From: Nemertoderma westbladi
Taxonomy: Eukaryota > Animalia > Xenacoelomorpha
Direction of reading: 5' to 3'
NCBI GenBank assembly: GCA_032718475.1
Contig: JAUCBJ010000564.1
Location: 783 to 64,782, forward strand
DNA: 64,000 bases
Of the stretch, positions 1 through 13,084 are shown piece after piece (position 1 is the stretch's first letter; every line of letters begins with the position of its first letter). The notes beneath the pieces were generated by a model that searched no databases, was not told the origin of the DNA, and was given only the letters and a program-made list of their open reading frames with translations. A program made the position numbers and the translations under genes.

Positions 1-3
1 CTT

Positions 4-469
4 GGGGCGTTCATAAAGTATGTCACGCAAATTTTCCAGTTTTTTGACCCCCCCCCCCCCCCCCACCCTAGACGAAAAATATTTTCTTACAATAATTTAA
101 TAACAGTTAGAAAGCACAATAGAAAGTGAAACATTTTGACTGAAGTAGTTCTTACTAAAAGCCTATACATACTTTAGCAGCTTCAAACTACAGTACTGTA
201 CATGTACAAGGCAGACTAGACAGGGGTGTCCTGTTAATGTTAGGGATTAAATTCAATGTTATTGAGTTTATTGTTTTTTCCTTAAAGTTTCCCACTCATC
301 TACAAATGTGTTAGTCAAAGTCAAGCTAACATTAAAGCATACCGTAGAACATCGCCGTGACCGTCACAAAAGTCAACCCCCCCCCCCCCCCCTGTCACAA
401 AATGTCACGCAAGCTCGACCCCCCCCCCCCCCCCCCCCCCTAGTGCGTGACATACTTTATGAACGCCCC
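4..469. mobile_element. MITE with ~25-bp terminal inverted repeats (PIF/Harbinger-like)
   Basis: GGGGCGTTCATAAAGTATGTCACGCA at 4-29 and its reverse complement TGCGTGACATACTTTATGAACGCCCC at 444-469, followed by TAA. No coding capacity. Superfamily is inferred from the GGGGC termini; the left TSD is unclear at the window edge. Confidence 0.75.
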
Positions 470-479
470 TAATACAGTA

Positions 480-582
480 AAAATTGTAATTTTTGAGCCA
501 AGATCTAAAAAATCTCTAAAATGACCCCCCCCCCCCCCCCGGCCAATCACGTTGTCAAATAGCCCGGGCCAGATAGGGTTAA
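480..582. mobile_element. Probable right end of a TTAA-flanked (piggyBac-like) non-autonomous element
   Basis: Ends in ...GGGCCAGATAGGG|TTAA. No partner end was seen in the window. Confidence 0.35.
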
Positions 583-1497
583 ACTACCATTTAAGGATAC
601 AAGGTAGAGATGCGCCCTGGCTGTGGCTAGTATGAAAATTACTCTAGTTAGACCACATTAAGTTAACAGATTGAACCACTGTGCCAAGGTAGGTGGTAAA
701 GTAGTCCTGGAGTTGCGAATTGTTATATTGTGGATAAAGTATACAATGTAACTCATGGATAATATATATACTATCACGGCTGGTATTTCGCCTTTGGAGA
801 ATTTTAATCCAATAAATATTAAAAAAATATATAAATTGCAATTCTTTAATGACATGTATTCATATCGTAGTATCTAACTTTCTGACCCACTTAACCAATA
901 AAACGAACATAAGGACTAAAGATTTAGCCAATTACGACTTTATGAGAATTCTACATTCATTCTCTTTGAAGTTGAAATAAAGTAGAACCAGAATTATAGC
1001 AACAGTTTGTTAGAAACCACGAAAGTTCCCCCGTAGAGTAGGAGAAAAGGTATATAAAGTGTATAATGATTAATGATGTGTAACTGGAATACGAATACAT
1101 TCCACCCGCACTTAGCTATGTGCGGCGTAGAAATTATCGTTGAGAGATATCGAAGTGAGTGCGAGCGAGAAAAAGATATTGTGCAAATTGGTTGCTGTTA
1201 GAACAGCATATGGGATCCCCCACTCTCATATTAAATGTTCAATCAGCGATAAATGAATATGAAAATGACAGACAAATGGAAATTCGTAGAATAATCCAAG
1301 AAATCGGACAGAAAAACAATAAGAAGTTAAGCAACATGAACGAGTGGCAATGAAAAGGGGAGAGTTATACAATAATAAGAACAAAAGTGAACAATAATAA
1401 CGAAGGAAAGAGATGCGATAAAAGGATGGGCAAGTGAGAATAGGGGGAAGCGAACGGCAGTAAAGGAGCACCTAAATGGGGTTTGGGAGATGCACAC

Positions 1498-1632
1498 CTT
1501 AGATTTGTGCGGAGAAATCTCGCCTATTTGCGACTCGGACTCATATATATCGCCGTAAAGAGGATGGATTTCTTTCTTCCGGTTTTTATCTTCCTCGCGT
1601 TTAATTCGCTTCGCCTCCATCTCCTCTTCCCT
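1498..1632 (-). CDS. Possible additional or alternative coding exon of the NOS1AP-like gene (REEEMEAKRIKREEDKNRKKEIHPLYG...HKSK)
   Basis: ATTTCAG acceptor 146 nt downstream of exon 3; 135 nt, phase 0-0, open in frame; weak GTGTGC donor; only faint likeness (HPLY vs DPIY) to vertebrate exon 4. Confidence 0.3.
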
Positions 1633-1778
1633 CTGAAATTCCTATTAATTAATCATTTCACACGTAACGTTGAGAACAGGGACATTTCGCTGGGAGAAAT
1701 ATATATTAATAATAGAATAAAACTGAAATGAGCTAATTATATTTAAGTAAATTCCGCAACATTCCACGTTACTCTTAC

Positions 1779-1871
1779 CTTTTTCTTTTTTCTTAATGTC
1801 ACTTTGACGCCATCAGAAGATATGGTGATGTTAACATTTTTTTTCTTGACCCCTTTCGCCTTGAATTCATA
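1779..1871 (-). CDS. NOS1AP: NOS1AP/CAPON PTB-domain adaptor, coding exon 3
   Basis: Translates YEFKAKGVKKKNVNITISSDGVKVTLRKKKK (cf. human [31 protein letters not shown], from memory); CTTTCAG acceptor, GTAAGA donor, 93 nt, phase 0. Confidence 0.93.
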
Positions 1872-2089
1872 CTGAAAGAGTAGAAAAGATAGAATTAGCA
1901 CGAGCGAAATCAAACACAGTACTAAAGTTCATGTGACACTGGGGATACTGGCAATGAAATGTTCGACCTTGAATTACTAGACCGACTTGACTGGGTTACC
2001 GGTAGCGGTAATGTTAATGTAAATTGTTGATTGCAAGTTTAAGACATGATAAAATGTGTTTCGTTGTTAAATGTTAAATAATAGGGTCT

Positions 2090-3053
2090 AATAGGGCTGG
2101 TGCGCGAAAAAAATGTTGGGCTAGATAGAAACAATCGAATACGGGGTAACATGGTGTCCTAAATCGAGTGGCGGGGTGTGTTTATTGTAAAACACGTGGA
2201 AACGGTCGAAATTGCGGGTTTTTAAGTAAACCCGGGCAGTCAATTTAGAAAATCGGCTGTGATTGGCTGCAACATATTTGATGTCACTACGCAGTGCTCT
2301 GATAATTTCTTATCTTGGTTTCTATGGAGGGTGATTTTAGATTAATTCAAATACACATTTAATCTCAATCATTTCACACGTGGTTTATATCAATAGAATG
2401 CGGAGAGTCTTGCGCGTCTTTTAAAACTACAATTACTTAAATTCATGATCATGAACATTGATATAATACTAGTTGCAATTTTACAAACTTGGTAGATTGC
2501 CTGACCCCGCATGCAAGCACTCACCAACTCAGCCTTAGCCACCGATTACATTGCAGTATCGTAGAAGGCCTATTGCAGTATTGTTGCTTAATTTCATTTT
2601 ACGCTATCTTAATGACTCAAGCTGTAATAACTACTGTAATACTACTTGCATACCGGTCAGGCAATCTGCGAGTTTATAATTGTGAATTGATTCATTTTAT
2701 AAAAGTTCATCACCATGAATTTAATTAATTGTAGTGTCAAACTCTCCGCTTTCAATTGATATAAGCCATGTGTGAAAATATTGAGAATAAATGTGTATTT
2801 GAATTTATCTAACATCACTCTCCATAGAAACCAAGATAAGGACTTATCAGAGCACTGCGTAGTGACATCAAATATGTAGCAGCCAATCACAGACGATTTT
2901 CAAAATTGGGTTCCCGGGCTTACTTAAACCCGCCACTTCGAGTGTTTCCACGTGTTTTTACAAAAAACACACCCGCCATTCGATTCAGGGTACCTTGTTA
3001 CCCCTTATTCGATTGTTTATAGCCCAACATTTTTTTCGCGCACCAACCCTATT
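2090..3053. mobile_element. Foldback-type non-autonomous element with ~370-bp imperfect inverted arms
   Basis: AATAGGGCTGGTGCGCGAAAAAAATGTTGGGCTA... is mirrored by ...TAGCCCAACATTTTTTTCGCGCACCAACCCTATT; complementarity continues inward to about 2455 and 2705. Confidence 0.85.
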
Positions 3054-3933
3054 GAACCACAATCGCTATGCACATATGAATGGATACAATGAGGCCAGCC
3101 CTATGCATGCACTCATAGTGTCATAACATACAATAAGTTGGAAGTGAGGACGCCAAAACAAGGCAGTAATTTGGAATATTTAAATCAAAGTATAAAGAAA
3201 ACATTATGGAAAAAGTCTACCAAAAACGGCCATGCGCATGTGGGTCACAAATAACAAACAATAAATATAACCATGCAATGCATTACAGTATCATTCCCAG
3301 CATTAGGTTGGTGTGCTCGTGCGTGCTATATTAAGGTTAAGGATATATATATAATATATATAAACAAGCAACCATAATAAACTGTACTGCTAGAATCCAA
3401 GAATCACAAACCACAAAGAAATATTATATATTATATGTATGTATAGTACAGGTATATACTGTATAGTACAACATGTACATAGTACCGGTAAATAATTAAT
3501 TATATATTTTTTTGATAAATCATGGCAGTAGACCACATATAAATAGCAAGATGCGAATGGATATCTGATCTATAATTGATAGATTATTGTTTAGTTTCCG
3601 ATGCCAAATATTAATTAATATACACATAATTAACTACAGTTTTTTAACATAAACGAATGCTTCATTCCTACGTCAGATACAACTTTGGAACGGAAACTAT
3701 TGCAGTGAGGATACTTGCCGTATATAGTGCAAGTGCAGCACACTTGCTAGTATTTTACAGTATTGTGATCTTTATGATATAGGCCTAAAGTATTTCACAC
3801 TAAGGTAAAATTAAAATATTAATTACAATCAAAGCAAAGCGAAGCATATACCGGTACCGGTATGTCCTTTTGCATCTCAAGCGTAAACCAATGGGTGATA
3901 GACGCAGAAACTGAAGAGTTATAAATCGCTTAC

Positions 3934-4005
3934 CCTAATACTACGCATAGTCGCGACTATTTCCACTCTGGTTTTGGGCCGCGGACAGTCCCTCGACCCA
4001 ATCCA
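3934..4005 (-). CDS. NOS1AP: NOS1AP/CAPON coding exon 2
   Basis: Translates WIGSRDCPRPKTRVEIVATMRSIR (cf. [24 protein letters not shown]); CAG acceptor, GTAAGC donor, 72 nt, phase 0. Confidence 0.92.
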
Positions 4006-4430
4006 CTGTGCAGCGGTACATCACAAAAAAACTTTATATAAATCTTATACAACAACGATACCCCCCCCCCCCCCCCCCCCCACGTCACGATTCTAAATAA
4101 AACAAATATATTAAAATGTTAATTTACATATTAAAACGGTACGTACATGGTTGTTTAAGTATAAATGAATTGATTGTTCAATGTTTTTCAGTTTTGTATC
4201 GATACGAAATATTATTATTTATTTTCAAATATATTAATTATCATACCGGTAATTAATTGTATCTACCAGACCAAGACATAGCCACACTTCGCATTTTAAC
4301 GATTGTTCATCCGAATGGTATATTACTTAATTTAATTCAATTTTTCAACTGAAATAGACTGGTATTCTTCACATAGGCACTGTATGTACTAATCTTAATA
4401 TGTAAATTTTAAATACTTTTAATATATATA

Positions 4431-4472
4431 TCACTGAAGACGTGTAATACCGTACACGAAATGGTCATATGC
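4431..4472 (+). ncRNA. Minimal type-I hammerhead ribozyme-like motif (Penelope-like element relic)
   Basis: CA-CTGAAGA-C-GTGTA(ataccg)TACAC-GAAA-TGGTCA-TA-TG: core boxes CUGANGA and GAAA, stem II, short stem III, AUA site, 2-bp stem I. Confidence 0.5.
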
Positions 4473-5301
4473 TAAAAGAAATAATGTTCTATTTAGAATC
4501 GTGGCTTAGACCCTTAGGCCTATAACACCAACATACCTCGATTTTAATAAATACTATTGGCTAATATGTGCATTAATAAGTTTACAACCTCGCAAATAAA
4601 ATGATTTAACACAAACACACAAGACATAACATACCGAAAAAAGCATTCACCTATAACACTGTTTAAATACTGGAAATCAAAATAAAGAAATCTTGAAAAC
4701 CTATTTATTTACTTATTAATAACGGATTTTTAAGATTGAAATTAAAAAATGGTTCGAATAGGATCTTTTCGAATGAGGAGATCATGGAGATAGACTCTAG
4801 AGAGTGTCTCAAAGTGTGTGCGAATCTAATAATTTGTGACTATATAATGGGTTCTAAGACTAATTCATGCACTAAATTTACGTGGTTTGGGGCTATTTTA
4901 AACATTTATGTAGGATAGACAAGACATACATTAGGTTAAACATGTTAATTACGTGCTGATTCTCTATTATTAACAAAATTAGGCCGAAACGCCCAACACG
5001 GGGGAAATCTAAACTTCTATGTATGATTCGTGACTCCTTACCCGTACACGTCTCATGGCAGCCACTATTTCTGATCTGTTCGAGGGGCGAGCAATGTCCA
5101 ACGTGCCTATGTACTAAGAAATTAAGAATCGTTATATAATTACTGTATACAGACAGATAATGAGATATACACACATTTTTGCACATTCTGACATAGGATT
5201 TGCATAGGGCCCAACAAATACTGAAATAGGACCAACATATGTAATATGTAGGCACAACAACAACAATACTCGAGTTGGACTAGAGCAGAGGTGGTACAAA
5301 T

Positions 5302-5410
5302 TAGGGATGCAAAAGAGCTCCGGCTCCGGAAATCCAATTTTCTGGCGCCGGCTCCGGTTCAATTTTCTGGATCCGGCTCCGGCAAATTAACCCGGAGCCA
5401 ATACGGAGCT
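5302..5410. repeat. GC-rich CCGGCTCCGG subterminal-type repeats after TAGGGATGC (possible hAT-like element end)
   Basis: Three CCGGCTCCGG copies plus inverted CCGGAGC copies directly after TAGGGATG; no partner TIR was identified. Confidence 0.35.
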
Positions 5411-6418
5411 GATGTAGTTGAAATTCGAATTAAAATAATAAGTTTTTCTGATGTATGAATAATGTAAATATCATAGTAATTACTGAATTAACCCTAGTAA
5501 TTAACCTTAATTAGGTAATTAATCCTGATAACCCCCACCCCCCCCCCCCCCCCCAGGTGAAATTGTATAAATATTTGTACAAAAACATTGAAATGATTCA
5601 GTTAATTTAATTAATATTCTTCCCTAATTAAAAAATCTTAAAAGTACTATCTTTTCGTTCGTCAGTCTCGGACCCCCAACCCATTGCCCCTTTAAATACC
5701 GTTTAATCAGGCAAAGGGACACTTAGAATTACATGGAAACAATATATAGTATGAAAACTATATATAAGTTAAAATTTTAAAAATTTAAGTTCTGAAAATT
5801 ACATCTGTTACAACCAAAGGTATCCGGATAACTATGCTTTGTATTTTTACTTGACCATTGTTATACTGCTTTGATATTTACATGGTGGAAACCTTTAATT
5901 ACCAAATAAAATCTATTAAAACGTATGTTTTCTAAAATAAGGTCAAGTGAAACAGAAAAAGGGGTAAAGTGGAACATTACATCATTGTCAATTATCATTC
6001 GGTGTGTTTACTATATTTATTCCTAGGCCTTATGTACTGGCTGACCGGTAGCATGAATGCCTTGGTATGCCTACCCTACACGCTACACATATATATATGC
6101 TTTGGTTCTATAATATAGTAGGCCTACTGTAGTAGGCTTCTAATTTTCCTTTATTTGATAATTTAGCTTAATGTATAAACAACAAGACTAATAAACTGCA
6201 GGTATCTGGTATGAGTGGTATATATCTTTGAACTGAAGCCTATTCCATCCAACAAACATGGTCAGATTTTACAAGCACATACCTGGTGCTGGTATCAAGA
6301 TTTAGCGTGATCACCGTGGTAATTATCGTGATCAAGATGTTGAGAGGGCTGTTCGAGCCATGTTCAGATGTTGGCTGGCTGGGAAAACATATCGGGAGAT
6401 AGAGCCAGGAGTTCCATA

Positions 6419-9400
6419 CTACTACTACTAGGTCGAGCATACTCGGACAGTGGAAATGAGATCCTTCCAGGCTTCCCGATTCTCCATAGTTGTCGCAATT
6501 TCGTTTCTCCCAAGTTCAGTATCCCTTTCAAGTTGATCTATATATGTTATGGCCGGCCGTCCACGACTACGCTTTCCATGAGTTGGTTGCCAGAGAAGTA
6601 GATATGCTATGACCTCGTCTTTACTTCGCCAGCAGTGCCCACTGAATCTTAATCTGCGTTCACGGAGGGTGGTTGATACAGGTGGAATTGTACCATAAAG
6701 CTCGGCGTTTGTCATGTGTTGTCTCCAGCTGATGTTTAGGGCTGCCCTTAGCAGTCTTGTGTAGCAACCATCAATTCGTTGTTCAAGTGATTTAGTCAGT
6801 GTCCAGGTCAATAAAAATACACTTTCCACTGTGGCTCAAAAGAACTTAGTCTTCAGGTGCCTGGAGAGATCTGATTTCCAGATGGTATCCATTTTTGATA
6901 GAACTAACCAAGCCTTTGCTTGCCTAGCTTCTATGTCCTTTTTGCTACTCTCTATCCATGATCCAAGGTACTGGAAGTCATCGACCTTCCTTAGTTGATT
7001 ATTATCAATGGTTGTCAAGTTTCCATCAACATTAAAGGTCATGAATTCGGTCTTGGTAGCATTTATATGCAATCCAACCTCATTAGCAGCCCTCTCCACT
7101 TTATTTAGTAGAAGCTGTGCATCTGCTAGAGTATTAGAGAGCAGGGCAAAGTCATACGCAAAGTCGATGTCTGTGACTTTAGTTGCCGGATATCTACTAC
7201 TTCTGTGTTCTTGAAGTGTGAATCCCATCTTCACCCTTTGAGGCCATCCTCATTGCGTAATCCAGCACAATTACAAATAGTAATGGTGCTAATGTGTCAC
7301 TTTGCAGTACGCCAGCCAGGATTGAGAAAAACTCAGTTTCACCATCTGGTGAGAGTACCTGCGCTTCTGTGTCACAATATGACAATCCAATGCCAGCAAC
7401 AATTACTTCTGGTATTCCATAAGCTCTTAGGATTTCAAGCATTTTACCTCTAAGGATGGAGTCGAATGCCTTATTGAAGTCCACAAAAGTAATGACTGCG
7501 GGGAGATTCTTTGACTTAATTCCTTCAATCAGTCTCCATAGTGCAAGTATCTGAGCTATTGTTGATCTACTTGGTCGAAATCCATTTTCGCTCATACGCA
7601 GTAGTTTCTATATGTGAGCATGAGGCCTAATCCTATATAGAATCATTTTATTGTATATTTTGGCAGCTACCACAAGCAGACAGATCCCACGATAGTTTGT
7701 TGGTATGCCGAGGTCTCCTTTCTTGGGGAGAGGCTTTAGTTGACCTTTAGTCCAAATTGGTGGTGGCTATTCTCCTTTAAACATCCGGTTGCAAACATTC
7801 AATAATGGTCTGTTTAGCACTCCGGTTTTCCATACCTCGGCTAGGATTTCATCTAATCCACTCGCTTTATTATTGGACATGCTTTTAATGCTTCTTTGGA
7901 GTTCGGCAGGTGTGAAGTCCCCTGTTTCTATAGGTAGTGTCTTGTCATATATTTTCCTTGTAGGGCTGACCTCGATGTTTGGTGGCTGCCCAAGCAAGTT
8001 GCTGAAGTGATTTTCCCACTTCCCAACACGTTCTTCAGGACTATCGGCTTTGAGGCGCCCCTTTGCACAACTTTTCCGACCAGATACTTCATTTACAGTT
8101 TGCCAGGTAAGTCTTGATTGTTGCAGTATGTGAGCAGCTGTAATTGCTTCAGTTTTATCCTGTATGTACTTTTCCTGGCTGATGTTGTAGGCCAATTTAA
8201 GATCGTCCTTAGCTTTCTCAACCTTGTTAATGTTTTTGGTAGTTGGTTGTTCGGTTTTAACTTTGTAGCCTATCTTAAGATTTTCTCTCGTACAAGCAAC
8301 CTCAGAGTTTTGCCATGGCACTTCAATTCATTTGCCAGGTGCTTCAAATCGGTTTTGAACTTCTACTGTATAAGCATCCTTTACAGCATTGTCAGTTCTG
8401 AGTTTCTCCCAGTCATAGTTGATTTGCTTGCTTGTCCTGAGTTTGCTGGCTCTCAAACTGAGTCTGATCTCTGCAGTCACAATTCTGTGGTCCGAACCAA
8501 TTAGGTTGAACGAGCTGTATGCCTCGCAGTTTATCATGCTGTTTCTCCACTTTTTGTTTATAAGGATGTAATCCAGTTGTGCTTTGGTTCCATTAGGGTA
8601 TTGAAAGGTCCATAGCTTCCCCTTACTCTTTTCGAATGTGTTGTTTGTTGGTATCAATTCACATTCTTTCATTAGGTCTAAAAGTAAGTACCCATTTCTG
8701 TTAGAACTGGTGTTATAGGTCAGTAGGTGTAACCCTTGATGTCTTCTGGGCCAATTTGCGCATTCAGGTCACCAACAATGACTTTAACATTGTGTTTCGG
8801 AATGTCCTTAATAAGTCCAGTCAGTTCTTCATAAAACTTGACTGCTTGTTCTAGCTCTGAGGCATTAGTTGGACTGTAGCAACACATGACTGTTGTCTTG
8901 GGATTCCCATCAAATGTTGCGATCATAACCCTGGAATTTATAGATTCGATGTTGTTTAGGGTCTTAAGAGCAAATGGGCTTAGCAGAATTCCTACTCCAC
9001 CAATTGATGCATTGGCCGAGTTTCTTACTGCTGAGCTTGTTACTAATGTCCATCCATTTACAATATCATTGTACTTCATGGCAGTGTCTTCATGACAAAT
9101 CCGATGTTCTTGGATGCAGATGATGTCGATGTTATATTCCATTACCAGAGCGACCATGTCACGCTGTTTGGTAAGTGCTTTCAGCGTGCGTGCGCGTGCG
9201 TTCATTGTAGCAATCTTTAGTGTCTTTTTACCATTTCAACAGGTTGGTTCTTCTTTCTTCTCTGTCTTCTGTTCCAGTAGCCAATTTATCGACCCCAGCC
9301 TGGTGTACCACTGAGGGACTGGTGACCGAGCCGGTATTTCTCCTGGAGGGTTCTCATACTCATATCTTTCAGTTGCGGGAGTAAACCGCTTGTGGTCGCA

Positions 9401-9870
9401 ACTCCTACAAGCGTCTCCGCAGCAGGTCGCCGTTGGCTGATTACCTTCCGCCGACCTTGTCAGCATGTCTAGCCGTTGGTTGATTGATTGCCTTCCACCT
9501 ATCAATGGCCTACCGGTACAGCCCTGCTGCCGACTGTAGGGCATGTAGGGGTCCTTTTGTTACACCCTGAACCAAGTGTGCCTCCTGGGTTACTGGTAGA
9601 GGAGCATCCGGTATAGACAGGGCGGGGCTTGCATCATCTATAATGCAGATGCGTATCAAGCCTTTGCCTTCAATGGTGCCCTAGGCGTTATAGCCCTCAA
9701 TGACTTATTTAGTTGACGGGGCTAAACCAACCCACTCTTGATCAACTGATCAACTAAATAATGAATAGGCTATGCTTATCGGGCCTGCCCTACTGGGCTG
9801 ACAGCTATAGTGGTAGCAGGATCTGGGGACCTGACCTGACCTCTCTTGAGTCCTGACCTGTTCTAACCTG
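6419..9870 (-). mobile_element. Full-length decayed RTE-clade non-LTR retrotransposon in NOS1AP intron 1
   Basis: APE domain (ICIQEHR, YSPT, GDLNAQIG, QLDYILIN, SDHRIV) then RT (GFRPSRST, FVDFNKAFDS, GVLQSDTLAP, FQYLGS, LRFSGHCWR), split by stops and frameshifts; (TAG)n tail; 12-bp TSD AGGAGTTC(C/T)ATA at 6407-6418 and 9871-9882. Confidence 0.9.
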
Positions 9871-10563
9871 AGGAGTTCTATATACAGATATATATTTATT
9901 AATGCTAATTATAAGCTTTTATTTTTGTTACTTCTGTACTTTCAGACTTTTACTAATTTTAGTAAATTTTGCAATGTTTTTTCAGTCTTTACTCCAGTCT
10001 GCCAGTCAGCCAGTACTCTACAGCTCTATGTCTACATGTTTACAACAGTAGGCCCGGTCTGCCAGTACGCCTCGCCTATGGTTATCATTTTAACAGTGTC
10101 AATAGGCCCTAGTCTGCTAGTTCTGTACTTAGTGTTTACTATACTGCTATACACTATAGACAGATAGACAGGGCCTGCTGCTGACCAGCAATATGAAATA
10201 TTAAATTAAAATTGTCCAAATTTCTTTTTTTTGTTATTTTTTTTTTAATTTTGAGTTTTAAAAAAAATATATTATTGTTCTACTCCACCCCATACCCGCT
10301 ACCATAACCTGTAGTGCTGTAGTAAGTAGAAAATAAGTATAATTCCTGAATTCCATTATTATATCCACCCACACATATGTAATTCTGTAATTATATAATA
10401 CCGGTATAATATACAGACAGACAGACAGACAGATATATAGGCCTACAATAGTATAATTATTATACATACCAGCATACACCAGTACGAGTACACACACACA
10501 CACACCATACAGATACAGCCATATAAAATAGGCCTAGGCCTACAGAAATACGATTCTACAAAC

Positions 10564-10674
10564 CTTTGCTTTAAAATGAATGCCGTGCACAAAAGCTTCA
10601 TCAGTGTGTAGAGGAATTCTGGAATCCTGCGCATCTTCAACTAGATCGTACTGATTGCTCTTTGGTCCTGCCAT
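10564..10674 (-). CDS. NOS1AP: NOS1AP/CAPON first coding exon
   Basis: ATG at 10674; [37 protein letters not shown] (cf. human [35 protein letters not shown]); GT donor; in frame with exons 2 and 3. Confidence 0.93.
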
Positions 10675-11879
10675 AGCATTATCAGCGATTGGAAGGTATT
10701 AACATTCATTTAGTCTGTTAGTTAAATTTATTACCGGTTGCGGTAACTGTTAAGTTTAATCTGTTAATAGAGAATCCATCTCCACCTACTGCCTACAGAC
10801 AGACAGACGTTTCTAAGTACTGAAGTACAGAAGTACTGGAGTAGGTACAACTACAGACAGACAGCGCTGTGGTACAGCGTACAGGCAGATAGGTACGGCA
10901 CAGCTGTACAGGATTATAAACAATACCTGTCTGATTCCAGGATTCAGTTCAGCATGCAGTACACTGGTACAGCAGTGTATGTAGTACTGTAGTATAGTCC
11001 TACTGCAGTACAGCAGTCAGGCAGTACAGCAGTACTGGCAGATTGCTATAGTGTATACTGGTATAGCTGTATAGGCCTATCCCAGTACTGCAGTAGGCCT
11101 ATCCAGCTATCAGTAGGCCTTTTATATACTGATATAGGCATACAAAACCAACTGTATACTGCATACTGCATTGAACCAAATGAACCTGAAACGTGGGATC
11201 GCCAGGGTTACCACATAAATAATAATTGGTATTTATTATTAATTGCCTGACAGGTAGGTCACCCTTCCATCAGTGTTTACATGTCTAACATTCTAGGTTC
11301 ACCTACTAACCTGTATTACAATATATTATACGCAGTATCTACTGTAGCTATCCCAACACCTACACAAACTCTACTACTACACATCTGTTTATAGCTACTG
11401 TATGATGGTGACGGACTGTATTGCATATGATATGGATTAGACTTCCACATCGGCCTTGACACCACTGACTGCTGACACAGCCAGTTAATTTTGAGAGATC
11501 CATTTCGCTGCTGGTATAGGGTCATTAATAGTAGCTAATATGGAGCTAGATGGGGCGTGCTGATACCGCACCAGAGCTTCCAGAAGAAAGCTCTGGTACA
11601 GTAGACGTGGTTCAATTGTGCTATTTCGTCGGCCGTCATGTTTTGCAGCCATAGCTGACAGCTGGCAAAATTACACACTGCCATAGACGTTTTGCCGACT
11701 CCATCGACACTAAAGTTAGATTTATTCTAGTCGCTAGCCCGATAGAGCATGCGAGGCCTTTGTGATGTAAATATTTGAAATGGCCCCCAGGACCGTTCTT
11801 TGTTGATAGCGTGACCCCAAGGTAGTTAAACGAACTAACAAAGTCAATTTGTTACCATCGTAGTGTAATACATCATTAC

Positions 11880-12117
11880 GTGAAAGTCGGCCGCCTCGTC
11901 GAAATTTAACTGCCCATCATTGCCCAAATTCACAAGTCGTCTTCGCTGTGCCCTATACTTCGAGAACATCACCCGAGCCCAACCTGACACAAACTAGTTA
12001 ATTACATTTTATTTATTTATTTATATAATACTCAATTTTAGTGTAATTTTTAATAGTTAGTGCACATTTTAATTCCATATGTTTGGACTAATAAACCATT
12101 ATTATTATTATTATTAT
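11880..12117 (+). mobile_element. Short 3' remnant of a LINE or SINE
   Basis: AT-rich 3'UTR-like stretch ending AATAAACC(ATT)n, the same kind of tail as the CR1-group fragment at 36.7 kb. Left boundary is approximate. Confidence 0.4.
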
Positions 12118-12424
12118 AACAATGTAATCACAGAAGGTCCGAACAAATGCATATTACTGTATTAATATTTAATAACGATGATAAATAAATAAATTGAAAC
12201 TGCATTACCTACCGGAGCTATTAATAACCAGTAGCAATAAACTATTAACATGGCTCCAAACGCCACCATAAATATAAGCTAACTTTTTTTAATAACACAA
12301 TTTATGTTATTTTTTCATTTATTTATACAGCAACTAATTTAATTTGTGCAGTTCCTATCACTTATAATATACAGTATATACAATCATTTCGTAATGTTAC
12401 AATTTTTTAATAAAACTACATACA

Positions 12425-12562
12425 TACATACTTGTTGCTAAGTACTTTACAGTGTTCTGATCCTCGTGGCTTTATTTTCACTCACTCACTAACGTTCGTT
12501 CGTGTAACAAAGCCACTCGGATCATCACACTGTAAAGTGCTACTTTTACACACAAGTATGTA
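12425..12562. repeat. ~140-bp imperfect palindrome (probable non-autonomous DNA element remnant)
   Basis: TACATACTTG..ACTTTACAGTGT..TGATCC..GTGGCTTT is mirrored by AAAGCCAC..GGATCA..ACACTGTAAAGT..CAAGTATGTA. Confidence 0.7.
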
Positions 12563-13084
12563 AATAGTTATTTCTAATTATACTTTAGTCAGTAGTACCT
12601 TTGTGCCTGAATACAATTATCCGTATTTTTATTATAATAGTACATACGCTTATTAGTGTACTTTTCCAGATATGTGTTCATTTTATTTTAATCTACTGTA
12701 TATTTGCAAAAATTAATATTTTATTGTTATTCTCTGATTCAGGCGATATTAATAACAATAATAATACCGAAAATGGATTCGACAATGTAATTACCGTAGC
12801 AGAAACAAACAAGATACTTTCTGATTGGGTGTGTAAAAAAAAAAGGGAATGTTGAGTGTTGGTACTGAATGTTTTACTATCGCAGCGCTCTCTCTCTCTC
12901 TCTCACTCACTCATGATTCGTTAAAATAGAATTGCGATAAAATAAATATCGCCTTGGTCGCTGGTCGCAAAACTCGCCTTGGCGAATTAATATCCCGCCT
13001 TCAATGTTAAATTCTCTATTTAGGGAAAGGAGCAGGTTACAGTGGCACATAGAACAGGTTACAGTTTTATTTTTGAGAGTAAAC

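Noticed and set aside
4893-5362. Short minus-strand ORFs, one with SLDFPR resembling NOS1AP exon 2
   Set aside because: The true exon 2, with splice sites and full-length similarity, is at 3934-4005.
10780-11170. TACTG/CAGTA-rich stretch upstream of the NOS1AP start codon
   Set aside because: Low-complexity sequence with no regular period or coding signal.
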